A DNA stretch of 62,280 bases. Origin: Chiloscyllium plagiosum. Lineage: Eukaryota. A model generated the notes under the pieces. The model was not told where the DNA came from. It saw only the letters and a list, made by a program, of their open reading frames with translations, and searched no databases. Both the position numbers and the translations under genes were made by a program. This document shows positions 60,422 to 62,280 of the stretch, in pieces. The DNA is taken from positions 83,187,568-83,249,847 of the forward strand of contig NC_057711.1 of assembly GCF_004010195.1 (NCBI RefSeq). Reading direction: 5' to 3'. Numbering within the stretch: the first letter of the stretch is position 1; the number at the start of each line of letters is the position of its first letter.

Positions 60422-61893
60422 AGCAATACTAGAATGAATTTAGAAAATTTTAGTTTAATTTCTGTTTTGGTGGAATGTTCAGATGCTGAATGACAGTACA
60501 TATTTCTACATATGAAAATCCATGTTAAACATCAGAATTGTCTAATAATTTTTCAAAGTTAAAAAGCAAAAGTACAAGTAATAACAATATTTATATCCGT
60601 GCCTGGGATATAACCAGGGTAACAGAATCAAGTGATTAAATTGCCTATGATTGATTGCAGGACTAAAGTCCATTTAATCAAAATATTACAAATAGCAGTT
60701 TATCCACCAGATGGAGCATTAATTAGACAGTAGTTTGCACTTTAGAAGATGTTATTGAATGTTTATTACTTGTCAGATTTAATCATATTGGCTGAATTCA
60801 TGTGACCTACTTGACTTTACCTACTTTGAAATGCGTTTTCACCGATGGAAACAATGTACCTGTAAATGGTGGGAAGGAGTTGCTAGGTTTTCCTGACGTG
60901 TTCCTTTCCACACTAATAGAAGGACAGGTAGAGATTCATTGATTCTCTTATTTCTTCTATCATAAGAAGAAATGCTGCATTTTTAATATGGGCTTTACTG
61001 ATTATTATTATTTTAGTCCATTTTACCTGAACAATTTTACTGTGTGGGGCTTTTCTATTTAAGCTAAACATAACTTTCATAACATGGAAGATGCATATAT
61101 TTGTCAACACTTTTTTATCTTTATTGGAGTCCTGAAATGTTTTGAATAATAAAAAAAATGTTCACAAAAATATGACTGTGCTACAGCAGTGTTCAGTATT
61201 TGTGATGTTATGAGTTTTATGAGATTATTCTAGTCAGACTGCAAGAAAATGGATAGATCTGATCTATTTCTAATATTTGTGCTTTTCTATCATGTTTCAA
61301 GCCATGTAAGTATTGCAAAAGAAAAATTCATTTGCAGAAATAAAAAAAATTAAAGGAACTTTTAAACACACTCCCACTTTACGGAAACAGTGTAAATGGT
61401 GGGGTGGGGTTGCTAAGTTTTCTTGATGTGTTCCTTACCTTACTATTTTGACTGGATCGAAATCAGAATGAGTCTCTGCAGTTCTTGGTTCTCCCTCCCC
61501 ACTCCCTTCAATCAATTGTGGATTTATCTAATGTTTCCTCAATTCCTTATTTACCTTGCCAGAGACGTTTTCTGCAAATTCCAGCTAGTGATTTGACATG
61601 ATTCCTCCATTTATATTTGACAAATAGTAACTCATTCATATCAATTGGAAGGTAGTCATTGGTTGGCTATATCAATGGAAAAAATCTCCAGGATCTCACA
61701 CTCTGGTGTCCAAACCATTTATCGCCTCTGTGGCCCTTGCACCCCTTGTTCCTGCTCCAGGTTTAAAACTAGGGCTTTTGTTTCCAATAATCATTCACAT
61801 TTAAAACGTGTAACGCTTGTACAGGATTGACTCAAATGCCATATTTACAAATGACCAATGGATCACAATTAAAGCAGATATCAATAAACAGAT

Positions 61894-62280
61894 ACATAGA
61901 GTCATAGAGACGTACGGCATGGAATCAAACCCTTCGGTCCAACCTACCCATGCCGACCAGATATCCCAACCCAATCTAATCCCACCTGCCAGCACCCGGG
62001 CCATATCCCTCCAAACCCTTCCTATTCGAATACCCATCCAAATGCCTGTTAAATGTTGCAATTGTACCATCCTCCACCAGCTCATTCCATACACGTACCA
62101 CCCTCTGCATGAAAAGTTGCCCCTTAGGTCTCTTTTGTATCTTTCCCCTCTCACCCTAAACCTATGCCCTCTAGTTCTGGACTCCCCGATCTCAGGGAAA
62201 AGACTTTGTCTATTTATAAGGAAGTTGTGGAGGCTGGTACAATTGCAACATTTATGAGGCATTTGGATGGGTATATGAAT
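61894..62280 (-). mobile_element. HER1/CR1 LINE 3' end, with an inverted segment from ~62218
   Basis: 61894-62217 is homologous to 55200-55538. 62220-62280 is the reverse complement of the ~62025-62075 region. Confidence 0.9.

Overview
Eukaryotic genomic DNA from a cartilaginous fish (inferred from HE1/V-SINE, HER1/CR1 LINE and shark-type Penelope repeats). It has three N gaps. The window lies inside one + strand gene, a neurotrophin receptor tyrosine kinase of the Trk family that most resembles NTRK2/TrkB but is divergent. I traced 8 in-frame GT-AG coding exons (10778-44507, 1040 nt): last LRR, LRR C-terminal cysteine cap, Ig1 (two exons), Ig2 ligand-binding domain, a 33-nt micro-exon, stalk and transmembrane exon. 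I did not find the 5' exons or the kinase exons. The introns are mostly transposon debris: CR1 LINEs, tRNA-derived SINEs, Gypsy remnants and TA-flanked MITEs. Two things stand out. (1) There are many minimal type I hammerhead ribozyme (HHR) motifs, in four sequence families. They are carried by two Penelope-like retroelements with inverted pseudo-LTRs and by short non-coding fold-back elements with 14-15 bp target-site duplications (TSDs) and a ~35 nt tail. One HHR with a fully intact core lies on the pre-mRNA strand, in the intron after the micro-exon. (2) The receptor has TrkB exon architecture but a mixed TrkA/B/C-like sequence, so it may be a fourth Trk paralog rather than true TrkB. Nearly all ORFs in the supplied track are spurious or repeat-derived.
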